This document shows positions 25,444 through 37,139 of a stretch of 64,000 nt of DNA, one piece after another; within the stretch, counting starts at the first letter, position 1; every line of letters starts with the position of its first letter. The position numbers and the translations under genes were made by a program. The notes below the pieces were generated by a model. That model saw only the letters and a list, made by a program, of their open reading frames with translations, made no database searches and had not been told where the DNA came from. Origin of the DNA: Paraspadella gotoi (taxonomy: Eukaryota; Animalia; Chaetognatha); contig CM119264.1 in the NCBI GenBank assembly GCA_051294375.1, positions 18,833,820 through 18,897,819 of the forward strand. The letters are read 5' to 3'.

Positions 25444-27398
25444 ATGTTGCGATGGAAATCACGACTGAAGTTCCTCGTGAAGAACGGACTAACCCTATGG
25501 GTCGTTGTCAACGCGTTGTATTTATCATCTGCTTTAGAGGTCAAAGGTTGGGAATTAAATTTATATTTAAATCTACTTTTCTAGACATCCGCATTGTTTA
25601 TTTTTTATTATTTTTCTGGTAATTTTTTACATTTTAGCGACAAAGACCTAGTGCTTCCAAAGTTTACTCGAATGACGCCTTCTGTTTCGAAGACAACCGC
25701 TCAGCAACGGTATATGCATATCAATTAGTATTCGCTTTGTAAAAAGTTACGTAAAATCAATTATTTTACCCTTATTTGGTATTGCAAGTATAAAGATACA
25801 AAAAGGATAAATTCCCATCATTTTTATCAAATTTCAGTGGCGATGTCTTTTTAGCGTCTCCAAGTGCAACGAATATACGAAGTAGTTCGTACTTGTCTTT
25901 AATCACGGCCATCTATTACGGCGTCGACTGCAACACTTCCTGCGCGGTTCGTCCTCTCCGTTGCGACAATTGTTTCCCAAGCGATTTCGGGACTTTGTTG
26001 AGCAACTCGCGCTGTGCGCCGTCAGCCGCGTCCGCTGCGTGTCCTATTCTTGATCCACACGCGCCCAGAATCGATCTATAAACGCGACGGCATTCGCTCC
26101 ACATGGGCGTCGCAAGCGCGTGACGCGACCCTGGTCTTGTCACTGGAAAGAGTCGCCGCGCCGAAATCAACGCTTCGCTGCGACTGGAGAGCGAGAGGCA
26201 CGGTGACATTTTACAGGTCTGTCATTCAGCTTCTTGCCCAGTTAGAAAAGTTTCGCAAAAATTAAGTTTGGCTGCATTGGGGTGGTAATTGGGTAATAAT
26301 TTTTTTTTAAATAAGTATTTTTAAGTGGTTTTTTTTAAAAACTCCAAAACCCCTGTCGGCCAAAGTAAAATTTAGCCCTTATTTTTTTTAGTTTTCTCTC
26401 CCTCATTCTGCCTCCTTTTCTTTCTCCGCCTCTCACACACCATTTACCCTTTTATCTCGATTCACCTTGAGGCCCTTAATTTTTGATATTTTTGATATTC
26501 CATCTCTTTTCTCTTTGTCCTTTTACATACTTCCGCTCCTCTCAACGTTTCGATTCTTGTTTCAGTTTAACTTCGAAGATGATTACTCTAATGTAACTCT
26601 GAAGGCTGTCGCGGGGCTGCAGTGGGCAAAGGCTTTCTGCTTAGAAGCCGAGTTTGTCGTCAGAGTTGACGACGACGTCCTCATCAACTACATCATGCTT
26701 CAGCGTATTCTCGTGGGGAGGCGTGCGCAAGACATTTTTATCGGCTGCAAAGTCCACTACGGTCTCCCGCTTCGCGATCCCAACTCCAAGTGGTTCGTCA
26801 GACACGAGGTAGGTTATCTGAAATGTTAACTTCACAGAAATTTAAATTCATAGTGATAAATCACAAAGCTCGATACGTTCTTTCATTCAGTTGTTTTTTT
26901 CACAAATACTATTCGTACTTCTCAATAGTAAAGCACAAGTATTTTGTGTGAAAATTTCTGTTTATTTTCTTAGCCTTAGCTCATCAGAGTATCATATAAA
27001 TGGAAATAACAAATAAATTTAGTCGAGAAGTAATTCACTGTTATATTCAATAATCAATATTCTACCGCATTTTTTTTATCCTCTTTTCCAAGGAGTGGGC
27101 AGGAGATCGCTATCCCCAGTTCTGCTTCGGTTTCGCCGTTATCTATTCTCGCGCCGCAGTCAGCGCCGTCGCTGTCGCCGCGTCTCACGTTCCTTTCTTC
27201 CGGTTCGACGACGTCTATGTGACGGGCCTGGTAGCGACAGACTATTTGGGCGTAAAACTCTCGAACGTCAAGGGAATGGATCACGGGTTTGTCGGCGGGT
27301 GGTGCGGCTTTCGAAAGAAATACGTCGCCACCCATCTCGCCGATAGGTGGAGCTTGGAGACGGCGTGGAAGGAGATGAGAGAGGCCGTGTGTGGTTGA
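25444..27398 (+). CDS. Beta-1,3-galactosyltransferase / GT31 family type II membrane glycosyltransferase (5 exons)
   Basis: Exons ~25444-25546, 25638-25709, 25838-26216, 26566-26808, 27093-27398 with GT-AG introns. N-terminal TM segment. Motifs IRSTW, E...HGDILQ.NFEDDYSNVTLK, FVVRVDDDV (DxD), RDPNSKW, YPQFCFG, DDVYVTG. Single-base indels in exons 1 and 3 are corrected in the duplicate copy, suggesting sequencing error. Confidence 0.88.
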
Positions 27399-28064
27399 GG
27401 TTCTGACGACGAGGGAAGTGAAGGGTGGGAGAGGTAAAATTGGAATGAAGCGATGATGATGTTCTATTAGCACATGCAATCATGCTTCAAAGTTTATAAT
27501 TTGTCAATTACTAATTATCAATTACTAACATTTCACTAATATTTATTTTAAAAAAGTATCTAAATATCCTTTCAACAAATTCAAGTTAACAAATGAATAT
27601 TTATGATTATTAATAGTGGTTTTGTGAGAACTGTCTTTTGTCAATCGTTAATTATAAAACAGCGGTTCTTCCCTCTAGTGGTTGTGCCGTGCTCTCTTGT
27701 TTCTACTAGTTAAAAATCTTGATTCGGGATTGATAACGTGTTGTTATATTTAAAACGTAGAGATAGCAGACAAAGAACTACAAAAGGATAATATCCTTCT
27801 TTTAAAATAATTTAGAATATTGAAAATACTAGTTTGAATTGATTTCAGTATTAGGTTTTTTAACCAGTTTAAAAAAGAATCCGGATACGGAAAGATTTCG
27901 CAATTCAACCATTCGATTATGAAAAAAGATTCAATCCCGATATAAATTTGGAGCGAAGTTCGAGTCGACTGTTTATTTTAGGACGAGCATCGAACGAGGC
28001 TTGTTCTAATTTTCTTCTCTTTTAGTTTTTTTTTCACTCTTCATTCGTTCTCCCTCCCCTCAAA

Positions 28065-30708
28065 ATGCTCGTTCTCGGCCCCGACGGATCCAACGTAGAA
28101 CTGACGGAAGAGGTGTTGGTGTTGCGCGACCGGTGCTCGGCGGAACGATGGGTCAACTTGACGGAAGTTTTGACGGCCGAGGTCGTTAACGCCAAGACGT
28201 TGAAAGTTCACTTTGTCGATTTAAAAGAGCCTAAACTACGCGTCAAAGAGTGGACTCTTGATGCCGTCGATGAAGACGTAGTCAACGAATTCGTGTACAA
28301 ACTTAAGGTACAGAAATCTAAATGACAATATTGAAATTAGTAAATGGTTGAAAATTTACAAGCGCAGAAAAAGTAAAATGCCTAAATTCGAATCTTGGAA
28401 AAAAAGAGTCCGAGACCTTCTTCTTGGAATTTGAGTGAAGGATTTGTCATACAAGCGTAAAATTGGAACTTGTCCAACGATTATGAACACGGGTCAAGGA
28501 CTCGCTGCTTTAAAACTCATAAAAACCGCCCTAGATTTTTTTTCTCCTCGCTAAAAATGGACCCTCGCTTTCTCTCTTTCTTCTTCTCTTCAGGAATGTT
28601 TGGAAAAGAAATTTCCCGACCGACCAAAGAATCTTTTGGTCTTTATTAATCCTGGTTGCGGAAATTACACAGGTTTGCCAGTTTCTGCTTTGTTTTGCTT
28701 TCTTCTTTTCTTATTTTTGTAATATTTTAACTTGTAGAAACAGCTGGAAAATCGAAAGAATTTATTCATTTTACGGAAGAATTCGTAATTTTTTTTTTTT
28801 TTTGTTATCGAAAACCCCACAGTGAAAATGAATATCTGTAAGAGAGAAAAGCTCATTCACCCTTAAGCCGTTTTTGTGGTAAAACGACTTTGTTTTGAGC
28901 CGAACGAGTGAGCAGGGCAATTATCTCTATTTTTAGACGGCCATTTCTCCGCTCCTTTAGAGATAAAACCTGCCCCTCGTGAATTGATTTCCTCTCGAGA
29001 GTGAGGGAATTGGATACAACGTGTACTCTGTAACAATTTAGGATCATTTGTAACTCATATTTTCTTCTCTCATATTTTCTTTTCTTCAGCCTTATTTTCT
29101 TTTTCCACCTTCTCGTTTTTTTAAATTTTAAAATTACCAACTAGACAACAACTACCAACAACTACGACGACAACCGCCAATGTCTTTTTCACATCAACCA
29201 TAATATTTTTTTCCCGCCAAAGGTCTCTCCATCTACGAGAAGGAGGTGGATCCCGTGTTCGCGCTCTGCGGCATCTCTACGGAAGTTGTGGTGACCCGTC
29301 GTCATGGAGACGCTCGGAATTCCCTGCGGCGCCGCGACCTGTCAGGGATCGATGGGGTCATCGTCATCGGCGGGGACGGTACGTTTTCCGACGCCGCTCA
29401 AGGTTTGCTGGAGCGGGCGCAAATGGACGCCGAAATCGCAAAGCCGGACGACGCGGACGCTGGTCCCGCGAGCGAGGGATCTGCGGCGCTCTTTCCTGTC
29501 GATTCGTCGTCTAATTTTTCCTGGTCCGAGTTCCAACCGGCGCCATCTTCCATCCCCGTTCTCCACGTACCCGGTGGGAGCGGCAACGCCTACGCCACGG
29601 CCACGGCCGGCGTCCTCGATTCCGTCACCGGCGCCATTCACGCGGCGCTGGGTCACGTAATGCGCACCGATGCCATCTCGTTGGCGCGGCTTTCCTCCAG
29701 CGTCCCGGCGTCGCTGAGCGACCTTGGCTCCGCGCCGTCCACCCTAGCCGGATTCTCGGTCCTTATGACCTGCTTTTCCAACCTCGATGTTCCGGCGCTG
29801 ATGGTCTGGGATCAGAAGATGCGCAAAAAGTGGGGACCCTTTCGCTACTTCCTCTATCCATTCTTGATTCGCAAAGAGGAAGAGATGAAGCTTCGAGTCC
29901 GCTACGTTCCGGCCGAAGCCGACGATCCGCCCTCCGTCTGCCGCGCGGGATGTCAAAGATGCGCCAGAGGGAATGACGGAAAGAGCAACGAGAAGGTGTG
30001 GCCATAAATATAAAACGATACAATAAGGCAACAACGAGTAGCTTTGGTTGTTATTTACGGCAATAACAATTATGTTCACATCGCTGCGAGAAAGAAAGGG
30101 GTTTTTTTTACAATGTCAAAAAATTGTAATTGTATCTAACGTAGGTGTGGAAGGAGACGGTGGCTGTCGAACCGACTGTCTCCTACCTTTCCTTGACGCC
30201 GCTGCGCCACCGCTTCTCCCGCTTCGGCGTGCTGCCCTACGACCATCTAGGCGACGGGCGCATGACTTTCCTTTCGATCTCCCAAGCCGCCAGAGTCGCC
30301 ACCATCCTCCACTACGCGCGCATTCGAGTCGACGATTTTTTTCAGAAGGATTCTTCGCCTTTTTTCGTCGTTGCCAAGGAGATGGTGGTAGAAGACATTT
30401 CGACGACCTCCCAGCCGCGCAAGATTTTCGTAGGGATGGAGGAGACGGTTGACGTGATGAAGTGTCCCGTCCACATTCGCGTGCATCGGCAGCTTTTAAA
30501 GACTTACGGTATGGGGATGCGCGATTTGAGCGGCGCCCCGACTCGCCCTTCCGTCGGCGTTGCAAGATTTCTTCTCGGAAAAGTCGTTAAGGTCGCCGTC
30601 GTCGTCGCCGTTGTCGTCGTCGCGTACAAGAAGGGGAATTGTAAAACGCGTCTCCTTGGCATGATGGAAAACGTATGGGGATTACGATCATGGAAAACTT
30701 GGTGTTGA
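28065..30708 (+). CDS. Ceramide kinase-like lipid kinase, paralog 1 (~552 aa, 4 exons)
   Basis: Exons 28065-28307, 28594-28672, 29223-29995, 30145-30708 splice in frame. PH-like N-terminus; RPKNLLVFINP, GGDG, PGGSGNA, CERK-type CxxxCxxC (CRAGCQRC), HLGDG, RVHRQL; hydrophobic C-terminal segment. Confidence 0.88.
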
Positions 30709-32328
30709 GCGTGTTGGTGGACGGTAGGATAAGAACGTGGTACTTTCGTATGTACTTAAATCAAGAAATACATATAAAATTTAGATAATACAAACTATCT
30801 TCCTAACATGAAAAGTTTTTTATAATAATCGATTTTTAATTGTTAATTGTTCTTATTTTTTCCGAGAAATATTTTTCTGCATTTAATCTAAACATAAATG
30901 TTATATGGATATTTGTATATATATTTTATATATAAATTTCTGTACACGCCATAGAATACTTCAAAATTCTAAATCGTGCCAATTTTTTTCTAATGATTTT
31001 GTTCATGCTTATGATTTTTATAAGTAATCGTGTTGGCCACAAAAAGTCTACTTCATTCAATGGTGATTTTTGTATGAATAAAACTTTAAAAAAGACATCT
31101 TGGAAAACTCTTGGCAAAATTTTTTTTTCTGAAAGAGAAGTGAGACAACAATTTAAGTATTCTTGTGAATCAAAGGGTAATGCAATTGTAAGTTGGTTGA
31201 CTAAGAAAATTTATTTTGAGATAATAGATACAATGTAGATTTTAAACGCCAAAAGAATTGAATGGTGAGGAAAGATGCAGATGAGCAAAGATTAGTTATT
31301 TGGTTGAGGGTCCCGGTTGTTGAGGAGATTCGCGATGATCTCTGGAGAGCAACTGATAGGCGTTGGAAGAATGATTTACATTCAATTGAGTTGGTTTTGA
31401 CCCATCGCCTGGCAAGACAAAAGTTTCTAGTACTAGTAGGCCGAGAATCCGTGGTTGTAATCCGATTATTTGCGGCATCTGTAATCTTCTCTTGAACGAA
31501 AACAAAAGAACCGTTTTCAATATGAACACAGTTACAGCTAAATTGAAAAACCTCAAGCCTCGAGAATAAATACGTGCTACATTAATTAATACTATGATTT
31601 GGAAAATTTGGTGGCTCTAGAAAGAAATTTCACATATTAAGATCATGATACATAAAAGAGACTAGTCTAAATCTTTAATATGGTTAGTACTTAGTAGGTT
31701 GCTGATTGCTTGATCTATCAAAATTCGAAACATGCAGATAAAAATAATATCTAATTTACAGTATGATTGTAATGGATGAAGTGCAATTCTTTAAAAGTTG
31801 AAAAGACATCACATGGACACTTTACACAGGAATTACTTAATACTAACTTTAAAAATAATTAATGCTAAAAAAGTCCAGAAAAGAAAGTGGCTCACCAATT
31901 TTTCGCTCAAGGCTGAAATTTTCAAACTCACCGGAAAATTGATTCTCGAGCGGAAATTTAATTCGATTAATGTTTCTTATTTTCTTATGTATAACGAATT
32001 TACGGAAACCCCACATCATTTTAGCAAAAGCACTATTTGGTTGTCAATTTATCGACTAATCTAATATTTTTTTATTAAATCTCATCATTGACCTCATCAA
32101 CTTAACCGAGAAAAATATCGAAATTTCGACGAAAAACCGCAATTTTGAAATCTGGGATAGACATTTTTCTCACTGCACTTCGACCCTAAGAAAAACTCCC
32201 CAATACAAACTACCAACTCTCTTTCTCTTCTTATCGATCTTTTTAGCCCGGATTCTTCCTCGATCACCCCAAAAAAATATTCTTTCTTAGCTTATCCTCA
32301 TTATCAAGTAACGTTTGAAAATCCAATT

Positions 32329-34608
32329 ATGCTCGTTCTCGGCCCGGACGGTTCCAACGCGGAACTCAAGAAGAAGGCGTTGGTGTTGCGAGATGGACGT
32401 TCGGTGGAACGAACGGTGAAGCTGACGGAAGTGTTGAAGGCGGAGGTGGTCAAAGTCAAAACCTTGAAGATCTACTTCGTAGACTTAAAGGAGCCGAAGC
32501 TTCGCGTTAAGGAGTGGACGCTGAGCGTTATCGATGGAGACGTCGCTCACGATTTCGTGGACAAACTGATGGTGAAAGATTCTGTCATTAAACATTCCGT
32601 GAAGAATTATGCTTTCATAATATAATATTAATGATATTATCGTAATCATCATAATTAATTGACTGCGACCTTTTGATTTATCTTTTTAATATCTAGAGCC
32701 GCCTGGAGAACGAGTTTCCCGATCGGCCGAAAAGGATTCTCGCATTCATAAATCCCGGATGCGGAAACTTTAAAGGTTCGAAAACTTTAAATTCATCTTT
32801 ATTAACCCCTAAACTGACCTTACCAAACTTACCCTCGATAGTTTTCCCTCATTCACTTACGGTAAACTTTGACCTTGTAAATACCATTGTAATAGACTTA
32901 GCATCTGAGCATTTTCACCGATGTTTCGGATCCTCCCGACTCCCCCCCACCCGCCCCCCCCCACTGTTTTGTTATAACCTTTTTGAAGAATAAATCATTC
33001 TTAACCTGAAAATTGTTGCATCCACAAAAATCTTTTTTTTCTCTCTATCTTCTCTCCTAACACTATCAGGTCTCTCCATATTCAAAGAAGAGGTGCAACC
33101 GGTTTTCGATCTGTGTGGCATCTCCACAGAGGTCATCGTGACGACCCACCATTCGCAAGCTCGAACCACTCTCTGGTCGCGACGCCTCGACGACATCGAC
33201 GCCATTCTCGTCGTCGGCGGCGATGGCACCTTTTGCGACGCCGCTCAGGGCTTGTTGGAGAGAGCACAGGTTGTGTTGCTGTTTGTGTGATTTACCGTTG
33301 CTTTTTAATATTGTTTTTTGGTCACAGTTATTTTTTGTCCAAACTCTCCTTACTAAGCAAACCCATTGAATTACGGCGCCTAAACGCGCGACCTCCGCCA
33401 CTCTGACATTTTATCTTTCCGTTTCGTGCGCTAAGGTGGACGCCGGCATCTCGGCGGGAATCGATCCACGGCTCGCCGGTGCTGTCCGTGTCGGAGATGA
33501 CGAGGAAGTCGAAAGAAATCGACACGTGGGTTGTGCACTCCTTCCAGCGCCGAGCACCGACTGGACCGAGGTGGCCTTTGTTTCTCCCTCTCTGCCGATG
33601 ATTCACATTCCTGGTGGAAGCGGCAACGCCTACGCCATGGTGGCGGCCGGTGTTCACGATTACACGACCAACGCCCTACACGCGGCGCTGGGTCACGTGA
33701 TGCGAACCGATGTGGCGTCTTTCGCCGAGCTGTCCCCGGCGTCAGGATCGACCGACGACCCTCGAAAGACCCCGTCGACCTTCGTCGGATTCTCTTGCCT
33801 CATTGGAGGCGTGACCAACCTGGAGCTGACAAATACGATTAAGTTCGATATGAAGATGCGTCAGTGGTTGGGGCCTTTCCGCTACTTCCTTTACCCGTTT
33901 TTTATGTTATTCGTGAAGCAAGAAAAGATTCGTCTCAAGGTGAGGTTCCTTGAAGAACCCGACGACGGCGCCGCGCCCTTGGTTTGCCGCGTGGGTTGTC
34001 TCCGTTGCGCCAAGAAAAACGAGGCTGCCGTCGAACGCGAGTGGAAAGAAGCGACGGTAGAGGAACTGAACATGGCGCTATTCTGTCTTTCCTCCCTTCG
34101 CCACCGCTTTACCCAATTCGGCCTCTTGCCCTTCGCTCATGTCGGCGACGGGATCCTCACTTTTATCACGGGCAACGCGCCCAAGATAGCGTCGAATTTA
34201 CACTACAGCGGCTCTCGGATCGACGATTACATCATCATGGACTCCACGCCCTACTCTATCGCGACGCCCGAGATGGTTATAGAGGCGGAACAAGTCCAGG
34301 ACATCAAGCACTATGTGATGATGGAAGAGACATGGCAGGAGATGAAGGGTCCCGTTCACGTCCGCGTGCATCGTCAACTCTTAAAGACTTACGGGATGGG
34401 GATGCGCGATTTGAGCGGCGCCCCGACGCGCCCTTCCATCGGCGTTGCAAGATTCCTTCTCGGAAAAGCCTTTAAGGTCGCCTTCGTCGTCGCCGTTGTC
34501 GTCGTCGCGTACAAAAAGGGAGAGTGGAAGAAGTGGGCGGAATGGGCGGGGGCAGCCGCGAAAGAGAGGAGCGTTTGTTTGGCGGGTGCACTCGCCGTTT
34601 TGCGGTGA
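32329..34608 (+). CDS. Ceramide kinase-like lipid kinase, paralog 2 (~564 aa, 4 exons)
   Basis: Exons 32329-32571, 32697-32775, 33070-33269, 33436-34608 splice in frame. RPKRILAFINP, GGDG, PGGSGNA, CRVGCLRC, HVGDG, RVHRQL. Exons 1 and 2 are the same lengths (243, 79 nt) as in paralog 1. Confidence 0.88.
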
Positions 34609-34825
34609 AGGTTCTCTTCAATTCTGGTTTTCTGAATCATCTATGCATCCGAAGGCATTAGATTAGATCGGTATTAGATCGGTTTTTACGTAAACAAATT
34701 TGTACATAAACAATTTCTAATTAATAATTTCTTGTGCTTATGATACCTCTTTAACAACAAAAATTTAAAAATAGATTTTAGAATTAATTTTGGTGTTTCA
34801 GGTACATTTTGTTTTATCGACATAT

Positions 34826-35065
34826 TGTGGCGGTATATTCACACCGCCTCACGTCCATCATCGTTCAGCCAATCCCATTGGCTCAGAGGGGGAACACATC
34901 CCTTGGCCTTGTGTTCCATCCACAGTCCTTCCCTCTGGGTTGGCAAAGCGTCCTCGGGTAACCGCGCCAGTGACTGGAGGCGTCACTGAGGGTCGGAAGC
35001 CCCTATAGCCAACAATGAGGTGCCCCATCCCAATGGGCATCACAGGCAACCGGGCTGTTGCCATA
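34826..35065 (+). mobile_element. ~240-bp solo-LTR/retrozyme-like twister element (copy 2)
   Basis: TGTGG...CCATA termini flanked by the direct repeat ATAT (34822-34825 / 35066-35069). Twister motif at 34939-35013 has a perfect P5 (GUUGGC/GCCAAC) but lacks the 6-nt AGACCG segment. Confidence 0.8.
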
Positions 35066-35443
35066 ATATAGTGTTTATTAGATTCACTGGTGTTGTAAAT
35101 AATACATGCACGTGAAATCTTATTTATTTAAAAATTGAACAGTAGTTTCCTTAAAAACAAAAAGTAATTCTGAAACGACGGAAAAAATAGCGCGGAATGT
35201 GTAGACAATATCTTTATGTATCAGGTTATCAGGTTAGAAGCGTCAATCTAATCTAATAATCAGGGATAATTAATAATTCTCAAACAAATAGTTAATGTAA
35301 TTAATCAATCAAATAAAAGAACATCCCTTATGTCAAGAATTATCTTCAAATGAACTAGAAATACTACATAGCAGATAGCACGATAAGAATAGAACTTTTA
35401 GCGATTATAGCAATTAAGTTTTATATCAGAAGTGCCAAAATAG

Positions 35444-36556
35444 TCAAGCGTCCCCAATAACATTCCCTTCTCTCTCGTCCACTCCTCCAACGTTCTCATC
35501 CTCGTTCACTTCCTCAACATTTCCTTCTTCTTCTTTCACTCCCGCGACCTCTCCGTCTTCATCGTGCGCGCCTGACAATCTTGCCGAGGTTCCTTTCAGC
35601 TGTCCCAGTCGCTCCTCCCGTCGTTCGTCGTGGTGTCGAACCTTCGCGTGCATGAAGTCGTCCAAGTGGCAGAAGCGACAAGAACGCGCGCAACGTTTGC
35701 GCATGTAGATCGGGTCGCTCTGGCATGCTCCGTGGTGCGCCCAGTGGACGCAAAATTCCGCCACTCGAAAATCATCGAAACAGGGTTTGAGGACTGATAA
35801 TAAAATATAAGAAGGGTAAAAAACTGATACTTTTTTTTTTAAGGAGTGACCACCCTATGTCACTGGCTTGTTTATGCCGACACCATTACACTTTAACCAG
35901 CGTGACCGTGAGGGAATTGAACCCGGTTGGTGAACGAGTACTTAGCTGTCCATTGTCCAAAAACCAATGGGACGAGCTGAGTTTCACCAAAGCTATACGG
36001 GAGGCGAATTTAGGATTCGCCACAAAGTGTCCTTTTTTTAATCTCACATCCGCAGAATCCGCAAGTTGCGCCGCAGTATTTTTGCATTTTGTTTGGATAA
36101 ACGCTGCAAAATCCGCTTCTCGCCCATTTGACGCAGCGGGCGTCGCGGTCGTGGCAGATGTAGCGCTGAGTCCGCCAAAAGTGGTGCAGCGGTGACAAGG
36201 AGACGCTACCGCGGGAGACGCCGGCTGAAGATGCAGACAGCGGGAAAATCAAAATCAAAATTTAAGATAAATTGAATAAATTGAATAAATCGAATCAGGG
36301 TGCTACATGTGAATTTTTTTGTTGCAAGCAGCGAAGTAAAACAATTTGCAATTAAAGAATATAGGAAAAATAGCAGGACTGTGTAAAATTAAATCTTTTA
36401 AAATTTGTTATGCTCACCTCTCACGTATTTCGGCAATACGTGCCAATGAAAACTCCTTCCGTGTCTTCGCTGCGGAAGTGGGTGAACTTTAAGCTCGTCT
36501 CCATGGATACGAATCACAAAGGCAAAAAATAAAATCAATACGGACCACGTAGTCAT
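35444..36556 (-). CDS. Secreted protein with two ShKT domains and an acidic C-terminal tail (~221 aa, 3 exons)
   Basis: Exons 36556-36418, 36224-36048, 35793-35444 (phase-1 GT-AG introns, 666 nt). Signal peptide MTTWSVLILFFAFVIRIHG. ShKT domains CHDRDARCVKWARSGFC...MQKYCGATCGFC and CFDD...CVHWAHHGAC...YMRKRCARSCRFC. Confidence 0.9.
35841..36033. other. Highly structured GC-rich insertion in ShKT gene intron 2 (possible tRNA-derived SINE or ncRNA)
   Basis: Flanked by T-runs. Hairpins agtgac/gtcact, ttggtgaa/ttcaccaa, acttagct/agctgagt, ggcgaat/attcgcc, acacttt/aaagtgt. B-box-like GGTTCAATTCC on the minus strand. Confidence 0.5.
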
Positions 36557-37139
36557 ACTGTTTAGGAGGAAAATCGAATAAATTCTATGACCATTTACCA
36601 ATGACTATTAGTCATTGACTAAGTAGGCCATTACCTTTTTACATAAATTGAAAGATTATATAGGACGTTATCGTTAAAAATAAAAAGAAATAATTATAAA
36701 AAGTAAGAATAACCTAGCCAAAATTTAGCGGCGGATGTTCAATGAAGAATTTTTTTTGTATTTATATTGATCAAGGAGAGTTTTCTTTCAAAGATCGAGT
36801 CTCCAAAAAAGCCTTGACGGGAATTTGGGTTTTTCGGGGAAGATGAACTCTCTTTTTCTTCGCTGCTTGTGGAGATTTTACGGGGAAACCGGAGGGAGAG
36901 GAGACGCGGAGAGTCGCGGGAGGTAGGATTCGCTAGGCCTCGGCTCTAAAGGACCTCTTAATCTCAATATTAATCAACAAAGAATTAAAATGGGGGTTTT
37001 TGTTTTTCGAAATTGCGATAACGTTTCGACAAGAATTTTTTTTGGGTTTCTTTTAAAATATTTTTTTAAAAATATTATATTCTGATCATATTAGATTCAA
37101 ATTGTCTGAATACATTTAAAATTGTATAAAGGCAAAGTT

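Noticed and set aside
31262-31556. Possible small gene between the kinase paralogs
   Set aside because: Short overlapping ORFs on both strands with no recognisable motif or complete exon chain.
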